NCBI GenBank assembly: GCA_030637895.1
Contig: DAOWFP010000085.1
Span: forward strand, 1 to 47,840
Reading direction: 5' to 3'
Length of the DNA stretch: 47,840 bases
Source of the DNA: Bacteroidota bacterium
GTDB lineage: Bacteria; Bacteroidota; Bacteroidia; Bacteroidales; GCA-2748055
In this document: positions 16,886-25,769 of the stretch, in pieces
Layout of the letters: each line of letters opens with the position of its first letter
Numbering within the stretch: the first letter of the stretch is position 1
The notes under the pieces: model-generated
Told to the model about the DNA's origin: nothing
Databases searched by the model: none
Seen by the model: the letters and a program-made list of their open reading frames with translations, nothing else
Position numbers and translations under genes: made by a program

Positions 16886-18174
16886 ACGTGAAAAAGAGCA
16901 TAAACCGAACCACAACCAGGAAAATATTTCTACTTGCTTTCTCTCTCTTTCTAATAAGCCTGCTCCCCCAAAGGATCATTCATGCCCAGGGAACTCCTGA
17001 ATGGAATAGTTTCCACGGACCGGACCGGACCAATAAATCGACAGAGACAAAACTACTGAACGAATGGCCGGATGAAGGACCGGAACTGCTATGGACGATT
17101 TCCGGACTGGGAAAAGGATACAGTACGGTGTCCTTTGCAGGTGGATATCTTTTCACAGCCGGGATTGAGGGCCAGCAAACCTTTGTTTTTGCATTTGACC
17201 TGGAAGGGAATCTCGTATGGAAAAAGCCCAACGGCCAATCCTGGGAAACAGAAATGTCTCATGCAAGTGCATATAACGGAGCAAGGAGTACACCAACCTG
17301 CAGTGAAGGGATTGTTTATCATCTTGGTGACCTTGGCCGCCTGGCAGCCTTCGAATCTAATTCCGGAGATGAGCTGTGGAGCATAGAATTGCGTGAGGTT
17401 TTTGATGCTGAAATTCCCGAATACGGATATGCAGAATCGGTATTTGTCGAAGGCGACCGCTTGTATTGCTGTCCGGCTGGGAAGAAGGGATACATGGTTT
17501 GCCTGGATAAAAATAGTGGTCAGCTTATCTGGTCAAATATGGAAATAAGCGGAACGGTTGGCTTCAGTTCCCTCATAGCTTTTGATCATGGGGCTTACAG
17601 GCAGGTCGCCGGCCTGAGCTCAGATTGTATTTTCGGAGTGGACTCAAAAACAGGCCAACTGCTCTGGAAAGTGGATTATGAGAATAGCCGGTCAAATAAT
17701 GTTCCGGATCCTATTTTTCACGACGGATTTGTTTTTGCCTCCAGCGGTTATGGCAAAGGAAGTATTCTTGTGAAGCTTAAGCTCACGGACAGTGGAATTA
17801 CTCCTGAAACGGCATGGCAAACAGAGCTCATGGACAATCATCATGGTGGTGTAATTCTGCATGAGGGATTCCTTTACGGTGCAGGTCACAATGCCCGCGG
17901 ATGGTTCTGCCTCGATTTCCAAACCGGAACACAGAAATGGAAGACAGGTGGGAAAGGATCACTCACCTATGCCAATCACATGCTCTATTGCCTGGATGAA
18001 AGAGGGATCATGACCCTGGTCAGGGCAAGCCCTGAAAAATATGAAGCGGTAAATACATTTGAGGTAGCGGAAGGCGGGAATGGAATGCACTGGGCACATC
18101 CGGTAGTTTTTGGTAAGCGGCTTTATATCCGTCATCAGGAAAAGTTATTCGCATATGATATTGGCAATCCGTAG
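16882..18174 (+). CDS. Secreted PQQ-like beta-propeller repeat protein, second tandem paralog
   Basis: The ATG at 16882 overlaps the upstream TGA (16883-16885) as ATGA. An alternative ATG is at 16870. Signal FLLAFSLFLISLLPQRIIHAQ, then EWNSFHGPDRTN. Blades: LLWTIS, LVWKKP, ELWSIE, LIWSNM, LLWKVD, QKWKTG. Confidence 0.8.
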   Translation: MNVKKSINRTTTRKIFLLAFSLFLISLLPQRIIHAQGTPEWNSFHGPDRTNKSTETKLLNEWPDEGPELLWTISGLGKGYSTVSFAGGYLFTAGIEGQQTFVFAFDLEGNLVWKKPNGQSWETEMSHASAYNGARSTPTCSEGIVYHLGDLGRLAAFESNSGDELWSIELREVFDAEIPEYGYAESVFVEGDRLYCCPAGKKGYMVCLDKNSGQLIWSNMEISGTVGFSSLIAFDHGAYRQVAGLSSDCIFGVDSKTGQLLWKVDYENSRSNNVPDPIFHDGFVFASSGYGKGSILVKLKLTDSGITPETAWQTELMDNHHGGVILHEGFLYGAGHNARGWFCLDFQTGTQKWKTGGKGSLTYANHMLYCLDERGIMTLVRASPEKYEAVNTFEVAEGGNGMHWAHPVVFGKRLYIRHQEKLFAYDIGNP

Positions 18175-18200
18175 AACATTAAAAACTAATCCTGCTTAGA

Positions 18201-18902
18201 ATGAAAAGAAGAACATTTGTTAAAACTTTGCCGACTGCTACCATTCTGGCCGGAACAGCAGCAAGCTACCCCCTGAAGGCATCAGTATACAGGGATCTTC
18301 AGCCAATCAAGCTCCCAACTCCGGAGAAAGATGGTGGCAAGTCTGTGCTTGCTGCCCTGCAGGATAGAAAAACTACAAGAAGCATTGGCTCAAAAGCGCT
18401 CCCAAAACAGGTGCTGTCGAATCTTCTCTGGGCAGCTTTTGGCGTAAACAGGCTGCAGGCATCATTTAATAAACCGGGCAGGACCGCACCCTCAGCCAGT
18501 AATTCACAGGAGATCGATCTTTATGTGGCATTGCCTGAAGGAGTATACCTGTATGAGGCGGTTCCCCATAGCCTGACTCCCATTGCAGCCGGCGACTTCA
18601 GGAAAAGGGCCGGAAGAGGAAGAGCTGCCACGGCCCCGGTAAATATTTTCTATGTTGCTGACCTCACCCGTTATGACCTGGGACCCGATCAGCCTGACAG
18701 GGCCATAGGAGATCCGGAAGTCCAGAAATCATATTACTATACCGATACCGGATTCATAGCTCAGAATGTTTACCTGTTTGCTGCCTCCCAGGGACTTGCA
18801 GCCTGGTTTCACAACTGCGACAAAGAGAACACGGTCAGTGAATTCAAGCTTAAATCCACGCAGCAAATACTCTTCGCTCAGACGCTGGGTTACCCGGAAT
18901 AA
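18201..18902 (+). CDS. Nitroreductase-family flavoprotein (SagB/ThcOx-like N-terminal pattern) with a Tat signal
   Basis: MKRRTFVKTLPTATILAGTAA is a Tat-type signal. LPTPEKDGGKSVLAALQDRKTTRS....LPKQVLSNLLWAAFGVNR resembles the nitroreductase-fold N-terminal region. It lies 26 nt after the preceding propeller gene. Confidence 0.7.
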   Translation: MKRRTFVKTLPTATILAGTAASYPLKASVYRDLQPIKLPTPEKDGGKSVLAALQDRKTTRSIGSKALPKQVLSNLLWAAFGVNRLQASFNKPGRTAPSASNSQEIDLYVALPEGVYLYEAVPHSLTPIAAGDFRKRAGRGRAATAPVNIFYVADLTRYDLGPDQPDRAIGDPEVQKSYYYTDTGFIAQNVYLFAASQGLAAWFHNCDKENTVSEFKLKSTQQILFAQTLGYPE

Positions 18903-18918
18903 AATGCAAAGTCGGAAA

Positions 18919-20190
18919 CTACAACTTGTTGATCATTTGAAGCACCTGTGATGTCAGTGGCATTTCAGCTCCCGGCATCAGGCGGGTCACTTTTACTTCA
19001 TAACCACCCTCGGTAAAGGCTTTATCAGTACAAATATATCCGCTAGATCCATTGCAGTGCGTCATGATGATGGTATTTGTGTAGGGCGACTGCTTTTTTA
19101 TCTTGCCTCCAATTTCGTGCATTAACTCCCCTGAGACCCCTGCCAGCACCACGTGTCCAATCCTGAAAGTGCTCAAATCAATCTCCACATCGGGACCTAT
19201 TTCATATTCCTCTTGCGGAAAATGATCCTCTCCCTGTTTTTTTCCAGGCAGAACCAAGGAAGTATTGATGGCTTCAAGAGATCCCAACGGAAGGGTTGTA
19301 ATCTGACTGTAGGTTTTCCAGGCGGTTTTGCCTACGTGGTATCCCACAGCTTCGATCTCATTGAAATCATTGCCCGGGCCATAAATGGGATTTATATCTC
19401 CCGAAGCACCAGCAGTAATGGCAACAACCACCTCATCTCCGGCCTGACTGTTAAAGTACCTGCTTGCCGCACCAGGCCAGTCGCCTGTTATCTGTGTATT
19501 ACCTGGACCGCTTGTGGTGGCATGACAGGGCCAGTTTATTAAAACAGCCAGCGTTCGGTCATTAAAATCATCAAACCTTACAATGTTCACCTCATGGTCA
19601 CAGGGCTTGTCTGAGGCTCTTCCCAGCCAGATGCCCCCATCAGCGAATTCGGCCCGCCTGTTAATGTTCAGCTCACAATAACCCTGGCCAGTTCCCATAC
19701 GAACAGGAACCGGGCTTTCCGATGCCTGAACGGATAAGCTGATAAACTTCTCCTGCAAGTCCTTCACATAAATCTCCACGCTTTCAGGAACATCCTGCTC
19801 ATAGGCCTTTGTTACGGGTCCCCCGTGGTTATGAACTGCCGTTATCATAATATTCTCAGGTGCAATGCCGATTCTGGCAAAGATCTTCTCCCTGGTCTCA
19901 TCAATAAACTGCCTCGAATACCCGATCACATCAGCCGTGATCAATAAAAGAGAATTCTCTGAACTTCTGAAATAGAGTGCAGTGGCAAACAGTTGATCAT
20001 GAACGCCTGTATATGGCTCTGTCCGGGAGGCGTAGCCACTCATGGGTACAGGATGTTCCGGAGTAATAATGACTTTAGCGGCTCCCATCCGGACCTGTGA
20101 AATTTCATCCAGGGCATCCTGACCATAGCTTATGGAACAGGTGCATAGCAGAGCGAGGATGCAAAAACCGAATAAGTGTATGTTCTTCAT
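18919..20190 (-). CDS. Neutral/alkaline non-lysosomal ceramidase-like hydrolase, secreted
   Basis: Signal MKNIHLFGFCILALLCTCSISYGQ. MGAAKVIITPEHPVPMSGYASRTEPYTGVHDQLFATALYF matches the N-terminal pattern of the ceramidase_alk family (G.a.vdITP...p..Gy......g.hD.L.a.al). Confidence 0.65.
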   Translation of the reverse strand: MKNIHLFGFCILALLCTCSISYGQDALDEISQVRMGAAKVIITPEHPVPMSGYASRTEPYTGVHDQLFATALYFRSSENSLLLITADVIGYSRQFIDETREKIFARIGIAPENIMITAVHNHGGPVTKAYEQDVPESVEIYVKDLQEKFISLSVQASESPVPVRMGTGQGYCELNINRRAEFADGGIWLGRASDKPCDHEVNIVRFDDFNDRTLAVLINWPCHATTSGPGNTQITGDWPGAASRYFNSQAGDEVVVAITAGASGDINPIYGPGNDFNEIEAVGYHVGKTAWKTYSQITTLPLGSLEAINTSLVLPGKKQGEDHFPQEEYEIGPDVEIDLSTFRIGHVVLAGVSGELMHEIGGKIKKQSPYTNTIIMTHCNGSSGYICTDKAFTEGGYEVKVTRLMPGAEMPLTSQVLQMINKL

Positions 20191-20360
20191 GATGGAAGTT
20201 GTTTAGTTCAGATAAACCTGGTGTGAGCTAGCAGTGAATTTAATAAACGAGATTGCCTGCTCCAAAATAATACTATCCAATATTAGTGGAATAAACTAAA
20301 TATTGCCACAAAAAATAATTAAAACCGTCTTTATGCCATAACGCACCCAAAACGATAAAA

Positions 20361-21377
20361 ATGAAACCAATATCCATTGTATTGCTAATCCTACTTACTG
20401 CAGTTGGATGCAGTAATAATTCAAAAACATCACAAGAAATACTGGAGAATATCTTCAATAGCAATTATGAGCATAGTATAATTTCAAAGGGAGACAATCT
20501 TCCGAATTTCGATAGAAGGAAAGATAGTCTTGACCTTTTTCTTGTTGCCTTACATGAACGGATTGCACCAGAAATTTTTCAGGAAAGAGTGCATTGGTCC
20601 GATGAAAATTTGAAGGAGAAAATTCTCTTTCTAAGAGATAAAGGGTGGCTGACCGTTGATGATAAGGGACTCCGACCAACTGTATTTATTGCGACTGATC
20701 AGCAAGGGAAAGAGCTATTCCAATATGGAAGGTCTTTGGCCGAGAAAATTGCACTATCCATTGAAGAGACTCTCCCTTCTATCAAGGAAAAATTCAAGAC
20801 AAAAGGCCTGGCTGAAGATTACGACTTTGATTCAATGTCCTTTCTAATCTTAAGTAATGTACTGCTTGACAATTGGCAAATTATGCAAATGGAAGCCGCC
20901 TATCTAAAGAAAGAGAATCGTCCTGAAAGACATGGGAAATTCTATTATGCTTCTATCGAAGAGAATGTTAATTCAGGTATTGAGCCTTTTGGAATATACG
21001 GGAACCAATTCGGAAAAATCAACGACACTACCTATCTGAGTATATATGGGAACAACAGGATTGTGGTAAATGAAAGACTAAGAAATGATGAGGAATTTAA
21101 GGACTCCATATTAAATGTGGCTCTTGAACTTACCCCTGCTCTATATAACTTCTTTGAGGAAATAGCTGAGGACTACAGACCTGTACTTTTGAAGCTATTA
21201 TATGAGCAAACAGATTATTCCAGAAAGATTTATGAAGAGACTGGGTATTCGGACGAAATTGCTTACGAAGAATTTTTTATCTGGTGGTATCATTTCATTT
21301 ACACAGATGCAACCAATATTCTGGCAGAAAGGAAGCAATTGACCATCCCCGCGGAAGGAAACTACTATTATAAGTAA
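20361..21377 (+). CDS. Hypothetical lipoprotein (AT-rich gene)
   Basis: A clean 338-aa ORF with the lipobox LLTAVGC. No family recognised. Confidence 0.65.
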   Translation: MKPISIVLLILLTAVGCSNNSKTSQEILENIFNSNYEHSIISKGDNLPNFDRRKDSLDLFLVALHERIAPEIFQERVHWSDENLKEKILFLRDKGWLTVDDKGLRPTVFIATDQQGKELFQYGRSLAEKIALSIEETLPSIKEKFKTKGLAEDYDFDSMSFLILSNVLLDNWQIMQMEAAYLKKENRPERHGKFYYASIEENVNSGIEPFGIYGNQFGKINDTTYLSIYGNNRIVVNERLRNDEEFKDSILNVALELTPALYNFFEEIAEDYRPVLLKLLYEQTDYSRKIYEETGYSDEIAYEEFFIWWYHFIYTDATNILAERKQLTIPAEGNYYYK

Positions 21378-21438
21378 TTAGTCGCGCAACCTTTTTTCAG
21401 AAAAACACCTCATTGGTTTAGTAATCGAGGGAGTCCAT

Positions 21439-21834
21439 ATGAAAAGAGTCTGGAATATATTGTTTTTTGCCTTTTTTATTTCTTGTCTGTTCTTGTTTAA
21501 ACCGAGACAGGATGTTGTATTCACAGCCATTAACGAGACCCAGTACATCAGGATGTTTGAAGAAGGCCTGGATTTTGAGCTCTGTGTAGAGGAGAACAAT
21601 ATATTCACTGGAACCTATGCACTTTCAAAAGACACGGTATTTCTAATGTACCGGAACACCAGGCAGTCAGCATACACCAGGCCCCTTCCCAAAAAGCTAT
21701 ATATCAATAAAAGTACTTCCAATATCAAATCCACTGATGACCTTTCGTTTTCTGCTGAGATCCATGTGGATATGCGACAGAAATTACATGAGGGTCAGAA
21801 TGCAAGCATCTTAGCCGTCGCGCCTGACAGGTAA
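21439..21834 (+). CDS. Hypothetical small secreted or membrane-anchored protein
   Basis: 131-aa ORF with a hydrophobic N-terminus, ILFFAFFISCLFLF. No family recognised. Confidence 0.5.
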   Translation: MKRVWNILFFAFFISCLFLFKPRQDVVFTAINETQYIRMFEEGLDFELCVEENNIFTGTYALSKDTVFLMYRNTRQSAYTRPLPKKLYINKSTSNIKSTDDLSFSAEIHVDMRQKLHEGQNASILAVAPDR

Positions 21835-21958
21835 GTCATACGCTTAAGTTAGTGAACATCTGATTCTGGCTTTTACCATGAAAGCCGAAACCTTCGGTGC
21901 AGCTTTGGAGTATAAGTAGTTGTTTTTTAACTACATATTAACTCCAACTTTCATCAGT

Positions 21959-22726
21959 ATGAAACACAAAACAAATGTTTTAGTTAAGTTTTCCTTTGCG
22001 CTTCTCTTTGTCTTCCTTTTTACCGCATGTGACAAAAAGGAAGATGAAGATGATGTCGACTCCACCCCTCCAGGCTTAGTTTCTGATTTAGAGGCAACTG
22101 CAAGCGATGGACAGGTAATTCTCTCATGGACAGAACCAGGCGATGCTGACCTGGACCAAATAGAAGTAAGCTATACAGGATCCAGTGTAGTTCTAAGCCA
22201 GGCCGCCGGACTGAACGGTATGACTGTTTCCGGACTGACCAATGGCACTGCATATGATTTTTCTGTAGTCACTGTGGATGAGACAGGTAATAAATCAAAT
22301 GCGGCTATTATTGCCGCCGTTCCTAATGAACCCTTTGTGGTTGTAACTCCTGATCAAGATGACTATAATCCTGCAGGAGGAACATTCACAACTGATGGTT
22401 CAGGTCACCTCATTATTACAGTAACCTTTAGCAGGGCCGTAGACGCGAATTCGGTAGTAGGTGCACAGACCATCTATTTCGAAGGGGATGCCATTTCCCA
22501 GGGAACCGTTGCCTTCTCCAATGAGAATAAAACAGTTACTTTCACTACGACAGATGAGATAGGTGATTTCGCAACCTTCTCAGGAAATGTCTATTTTGAT
22601 TTCTTCCTGATTGGAGATGACGCGGGTAATGGCGTTATAAGCGACAGCAACGGAATGGTTCTGGATGGTGATGAAGATGGAGCTGCAGGTGGTGACTATG
22701 AGTTGAATTTGTACATCATCGGCTAA
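21959..22726 (+). CDS. Lipoprotein with a fibronectin type III domain followed by an Ig-like domain
   Basis: The track start at 21920 is TTG. The ATG at 21959 gives MKHKTNVLVKFSFALLFVFLFTAC (lipobox). PPGLVSDLEATASDGQVILSWTEP...LTNGTAYDFSVVTVDETGN is FN3-like. Confidence 0.75.
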   Translation: MKHKTNVLVKFSFALLFVFLFTACDKKEDEDDVDSTPPGLVSDLEATASDGQVILSWTEPGDADLDQIEVSYTGSSVVLSQAAGLNGMTVSGLTNGTAYDFSVVTVDETGNKSNAAIIAAVPNEPFVVVTPDQDDYNPAGGTFTTDGSGHLIITVTFSRAVDANSVVGAQTIYFEGDAISQGTVAFSNENKTVTFTTTDEIGDFATFSGNVYFDFFLIGDDAGNGVISDSNGMVLDGDEDGAAGGDYELNLYIIG

Positions 22727-22748
22727 ACTGAAAAATCCTCTACTGAAG

Positions 22749-22780
22749 GAGTCAGATCTGCAAGGTCTGGCTCTTTTTTT
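22749..22780 (+). terminator. Rho-independent terminator after the FN3 lipoprotein gene
   Basis: GAGUCAGAUC (22749-22758) pairs with GGUCUGGCUC (22764-22773). The stem is 10 bp including two G-U pairs, the loop is UGCAA, and a run of 7 T follows (22774-22780). Confidence 0.75.
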
Positions 22781-22852
22781 GTGGCTCTGTAGGTGCAGAC
22801 AATTTGGATCCCATTACAGTATACAATAACTTTATTGGAAGAAAAAAAAGCC

Positions 22853-23992
22853 ATGGCTGGAAGTAAAGTTAAAATCTGGAAACAGGATCCCAGTGTTGAA
22901 AGTATTGGTATCCGCTCATCTTACATCTCAACCGAAATTCAGAACGGTCCTGCGGATCAGGATATCATCCTGCAGGGCATGCCCCATGTGGTGGGTAACG
23001 CTCATAAGGATTTCATTTTTTACCCGGAAGAGAATCCCCTTGAGTTTGATGCAGTCCATACATTCACCATTGTTCGTCAGGTCCTTACCATGCTACGACG
23101 GGCGCTGAATCGAATGGGTATTACGCAGAACTTCAACTGGTACTGGGGACCCGAGGCCATCAATGTATACCCGAGAGCAGGTCTGGATGCAAATGCCTAT
23201 TACAGCAGAAATGAAAAAGCCCTGCGTTTTTTCTATTTCCATCCTGACGGAAGCGAATCGAATCCACTAATTTACACATGCCGCTCCTTCGATATTGTGG
23301 CCCATGAGGTGGGTCATGCAGCACTGGATTCCCTGAAACCTGAATTCCTGAGCAGCAGCTGGCATCCGCAAACCGGAGGCCTTCATGAATCCTTTGGAGA
23401 CCTCACAGCCATGTTTACCATGCTGGCCCAGATGGATGTTTGTGAAGCCATCATTGTGGAATCCAAGGCAGATCTTCATAGCAAGACCTTCTTCCCTGCC
23501 ATGGCGGAACAGTTTGGGAAAGCATTTGGTCGTCCCATGGGCCTGAGAAATGCAGACAACGACCTGAAGATGAGTGATGTCTCCACCGAGGTTCACGACA
23601 TTTCCATGGTATTTACAGGAGCTATTTATGATATCCTGGCCGACTTCTTTGAGCTATACCAGGACCCGGGCTTATATGACCAGGCCGAATCACTATTCAG
23701 AGTCGGCAAATATTTAACTTCCCTGGTCATCGCCTCCCTCTGGCAGGGACCGGATGCCAATGCCACCTATGCTGATATTGCCACTAAGATGTTAGAGCTG
23801 GAAGAGGATGAGGAACGTAAAGAGATCATCAGGATTCAGTTCAGAAAAAGGGAGATTCTGGATGCTCCTGTAAGTTTGATGGGCATAGAGCCCCGGCAGC
23901 TTTCCTGGAAAGGCTGCTGCGGAACCATGCGCCTCAAAGAGCATCAGGATCTGTTTGAAAAGAATGTAGCTTCCGCTCTTAAAAGGGAATAA
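22853..23992 (+). CDS. Gluzincin-type (thermolysin/M4-like motif) zinc metallopeptidase-like protein without a signal peptide
   Basis: HEVGH at 23303, followed 28 residues after the first His by GGLHESFGD (compare thermolysin HExxH ... GxxNEAxSD). The track start at 22793 is GTG and sits inside the terminator region; the ATG at 22853 is preferred. Confidence 0.65.
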   Translation: MAGSKVKIWKQDPSVESIGIRSSYISTEIQNGPADQDIILQGMPHVVGNAHKDFIFYPEENPLEFDAVHTFTIVRQVLTMLRRALNRMGITQNFNWYWGPEAINVYPRAGLDANAYYSRNEKALRFFYFHPDGSESNPLIYTCRSFDIVAHEVGHAALDSLKPEFLSSSWHPQTGGLHESFGDLTAMFTMLAQMDVCEAIIVESKADLHSKTFFPAMAEQFGKAFGRPMGLRNADNDLKMSDVSTEVHDISMVFTGAIYDILADFFELYQDPGLYDQAESLFRVGKYLTSLVIASLWQGPDANATYADIATKMLELEEDEERKEIIRIQFRKREILDAPVSLMGIEPRQLSWKGCCGTMRLKEHQDLFEKNVASALKRE

Positions 23993-24007
23993 TTATCCCC
24001 TGGTTTA

Positions 24008-25576
24008 TTATTCGCGAAATGCATATAGATGCTTATCCGTTCTGAGGTACAGAACATCATCTACAGCAACCGGAGATGCACCGATCTTTTCCTTCAACTT
24101 GTTTTGGGCCAGGACACTGAAATCTTCCGCAGAAAGGATGGAGACCACACCATTATAGGAGCAGGTATAGATCTTGTCTCCAGCAAGCAGGGGGGAAGAG
24201 AAGTATGCTCCAGCGGCACCAATTCGGTTCTTATGTACTACATCCCCCGTTTCCCTGTTAATGATTGTCAGGGTCCCTCCATCTTCGATAAAAAACACAT
24301 TCTCATTAACAATCAATGGAGAAGGAGTCTCAGGAGTATTTTCATTTACTTTCCACTTGATTTCCAGCACAGATCTTTCTCCTGATCCCTCAACGGGAAG
24401 CGCCAACATGCCATGATCGCCAATATAGGGTTTAATAAATTCTAACATAGCACTCCATTCAGACTCTTCCAAAACCTGGTCTTGATTCGGGTCGAACATC
24501 CCAAACATCAGGTCACCTTTATAATAGAATGTACTGTACAGATCATCCGGATTTTCCGCCCTGGTAAACAGGATCATTCCTTCATCGATTTCATCCCGCT
24601 CTACACGTCTATTTTCATTCTTATCACACCGTTCCAAAAGCTCTGTGAATGAAAGAACTTCGCCTCTTATTCGGCTTTCTCCAAGCTGCCCCCATGTATT
24701 CAGATAAATCACATCATCCTTGATCACCGGCGATCCAACGGCGGATGTAACGGTATTTAACCACCATTCGGGCTCCCCGGATTCCATGTTTACTGCAACA
24801 ATTGCACCGAATAGATGCATAATAAGCAGATTGTTGTAAACTACTGGAGTGGCGTTGCTCATCAAAGATGCCCAGGTCTGTTCCTCTGCTCTGAATGTCC
24901 ATACAGATTCTCCGGTCTGCTTGTCAAGTGCAACAATCCTCGGATCTTCAACAGAATTAATAAGAACTATCACTTTGTTATCCACAAGGACCGGTGAACT
25001 GGAACCACCGTATAAGCTTTGCGAAAGGATTTCATGGGTAAATTCCCAGGCCTTGTTTCCCTCCAGGTCATAGGCGATCAGACCATATCCAGGGAAATGC
25101 GAAAAAAGTGCCTTGCCATCACTTGCAATGGTTGGATTGGCCTGGGAAGTGGTCGGGTGAATGAAGTAGGATTTCTGAAGTGTTACTGAGTCTTGCCAGA
25201 TGACCTCACCATCTTCCCGGTCAACAGCCAGGGTATATAAAAGGCTGTCTGAATCATCGAACCCGGTCAGAAATATCTTCTCATTAACAATACAAGGCGA
25301 GGACCAGCCGGGCAACATTTCAGTTTTCCATAACAGATTTGTGTCTGCGCTAAAATGGACCGGGGGATTTACATCCTCAGGAGCGATCCCTGACATATCG
25401 GGACCCCTGAACTGGAGCCAGTGCATGGATTCTGACTGAAACAAATACTGTCCTTTTGACCCGGTATCACAGGAGGTCAGACTAAAGAGGAAAATCATAA
25501 ATACCAAAGAGAAAGCCAAAGTATTAATGACGGAAAAGCACCAATTAAATCTAAAAGTTGAATGATTCCTTTTCAT
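24008..25576 (-). CDS. Lipoprotein PQQ-like beta-propeller protein with an inserted pair of EF-hand-like calcium-binding loops
   Basis: Lipobox FSLTSC, then HWLQFRGPDMSG. Propeller blades: LLWKTE, VIWQDS, KAWEFT, SVWTFR, PEWWLN. The loops DKNENRRVERDE and DPNQDQVLEESE fit D.[DN].[DN]......E. Confidence 0.8.
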   Translation of the reverse strand: MKRNHSTFRFNWCFSVINTLAFSLVFMIFLFSLTSCDTGSKGQYLFQSESMHWLQFRGPDMSGIAPEDVNPPVHFSADTNLLWKTEMLPGWSSPCIVNEKIFLTGFDDSDSLLYTLAVDREDGEVIWQDSVTLQKSYFIHPTTSQANPTIASDGKALFSHFPGYGLIAYDLEGNKAWEFTHEILSQSLYGGSSSPVLVDNKVIVLINSVEDPRIVALDKQTGESVWTFRAEEQTWASLMSNATPVVYNNLLIMHLFGAIVAVNMESGEPEWWLNTVTSAVGSPVIKDDVIYLNTWGQLGESRIRGEVLSFTELLERCDKNENRRVERDEIDEGMILFTRAENPDDLYSTFYYKGDLMFGMFDPNQDQVLEESEWSAMLEFIKPYIGDHGMLALPVEGSGERSVLEIKWKVNENTPETPSPLIVNENVFFIEDGGTLTIINRETGDVVHKNRIGAAGAYFSSPLLAGDKIYTCSYNGVVSILSAEDFSVLAQNKLKEKIGASPVAVDDVLYLRTDKHLYAFRE

Positions 25577-25623
25577 GACTGCGGGGATTTAGGATTAAAA
25601 ATTAACGCCACTACAATCTAGAC

Positions 25624-25645
25624 GTATAAGTTGAGTATAAGTTGA
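25624..25645. repeat. Perfect 11-bp direct tandem repeat (gtataagttga x2) in a divergent intergenic region
   Basis: Read directly: gtataagttga gtataagttga gtg. It lies between the start of the propeller/EF-hand gene (25576, minus strand) and the serpin start (25770, plus strand). Confidence 0.6.
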
Positions 25646-25769
25646 GTGTTATATAATTTGATAGAATAATCAGAAGCTATAATTCTCCTCCAGCCTTTTC
25701 CCAACGATTAACCCGGATCCGGCACAACCTTTTCATGAGAAGGTGCATCCTAAAGTAAATGCAAGCACC

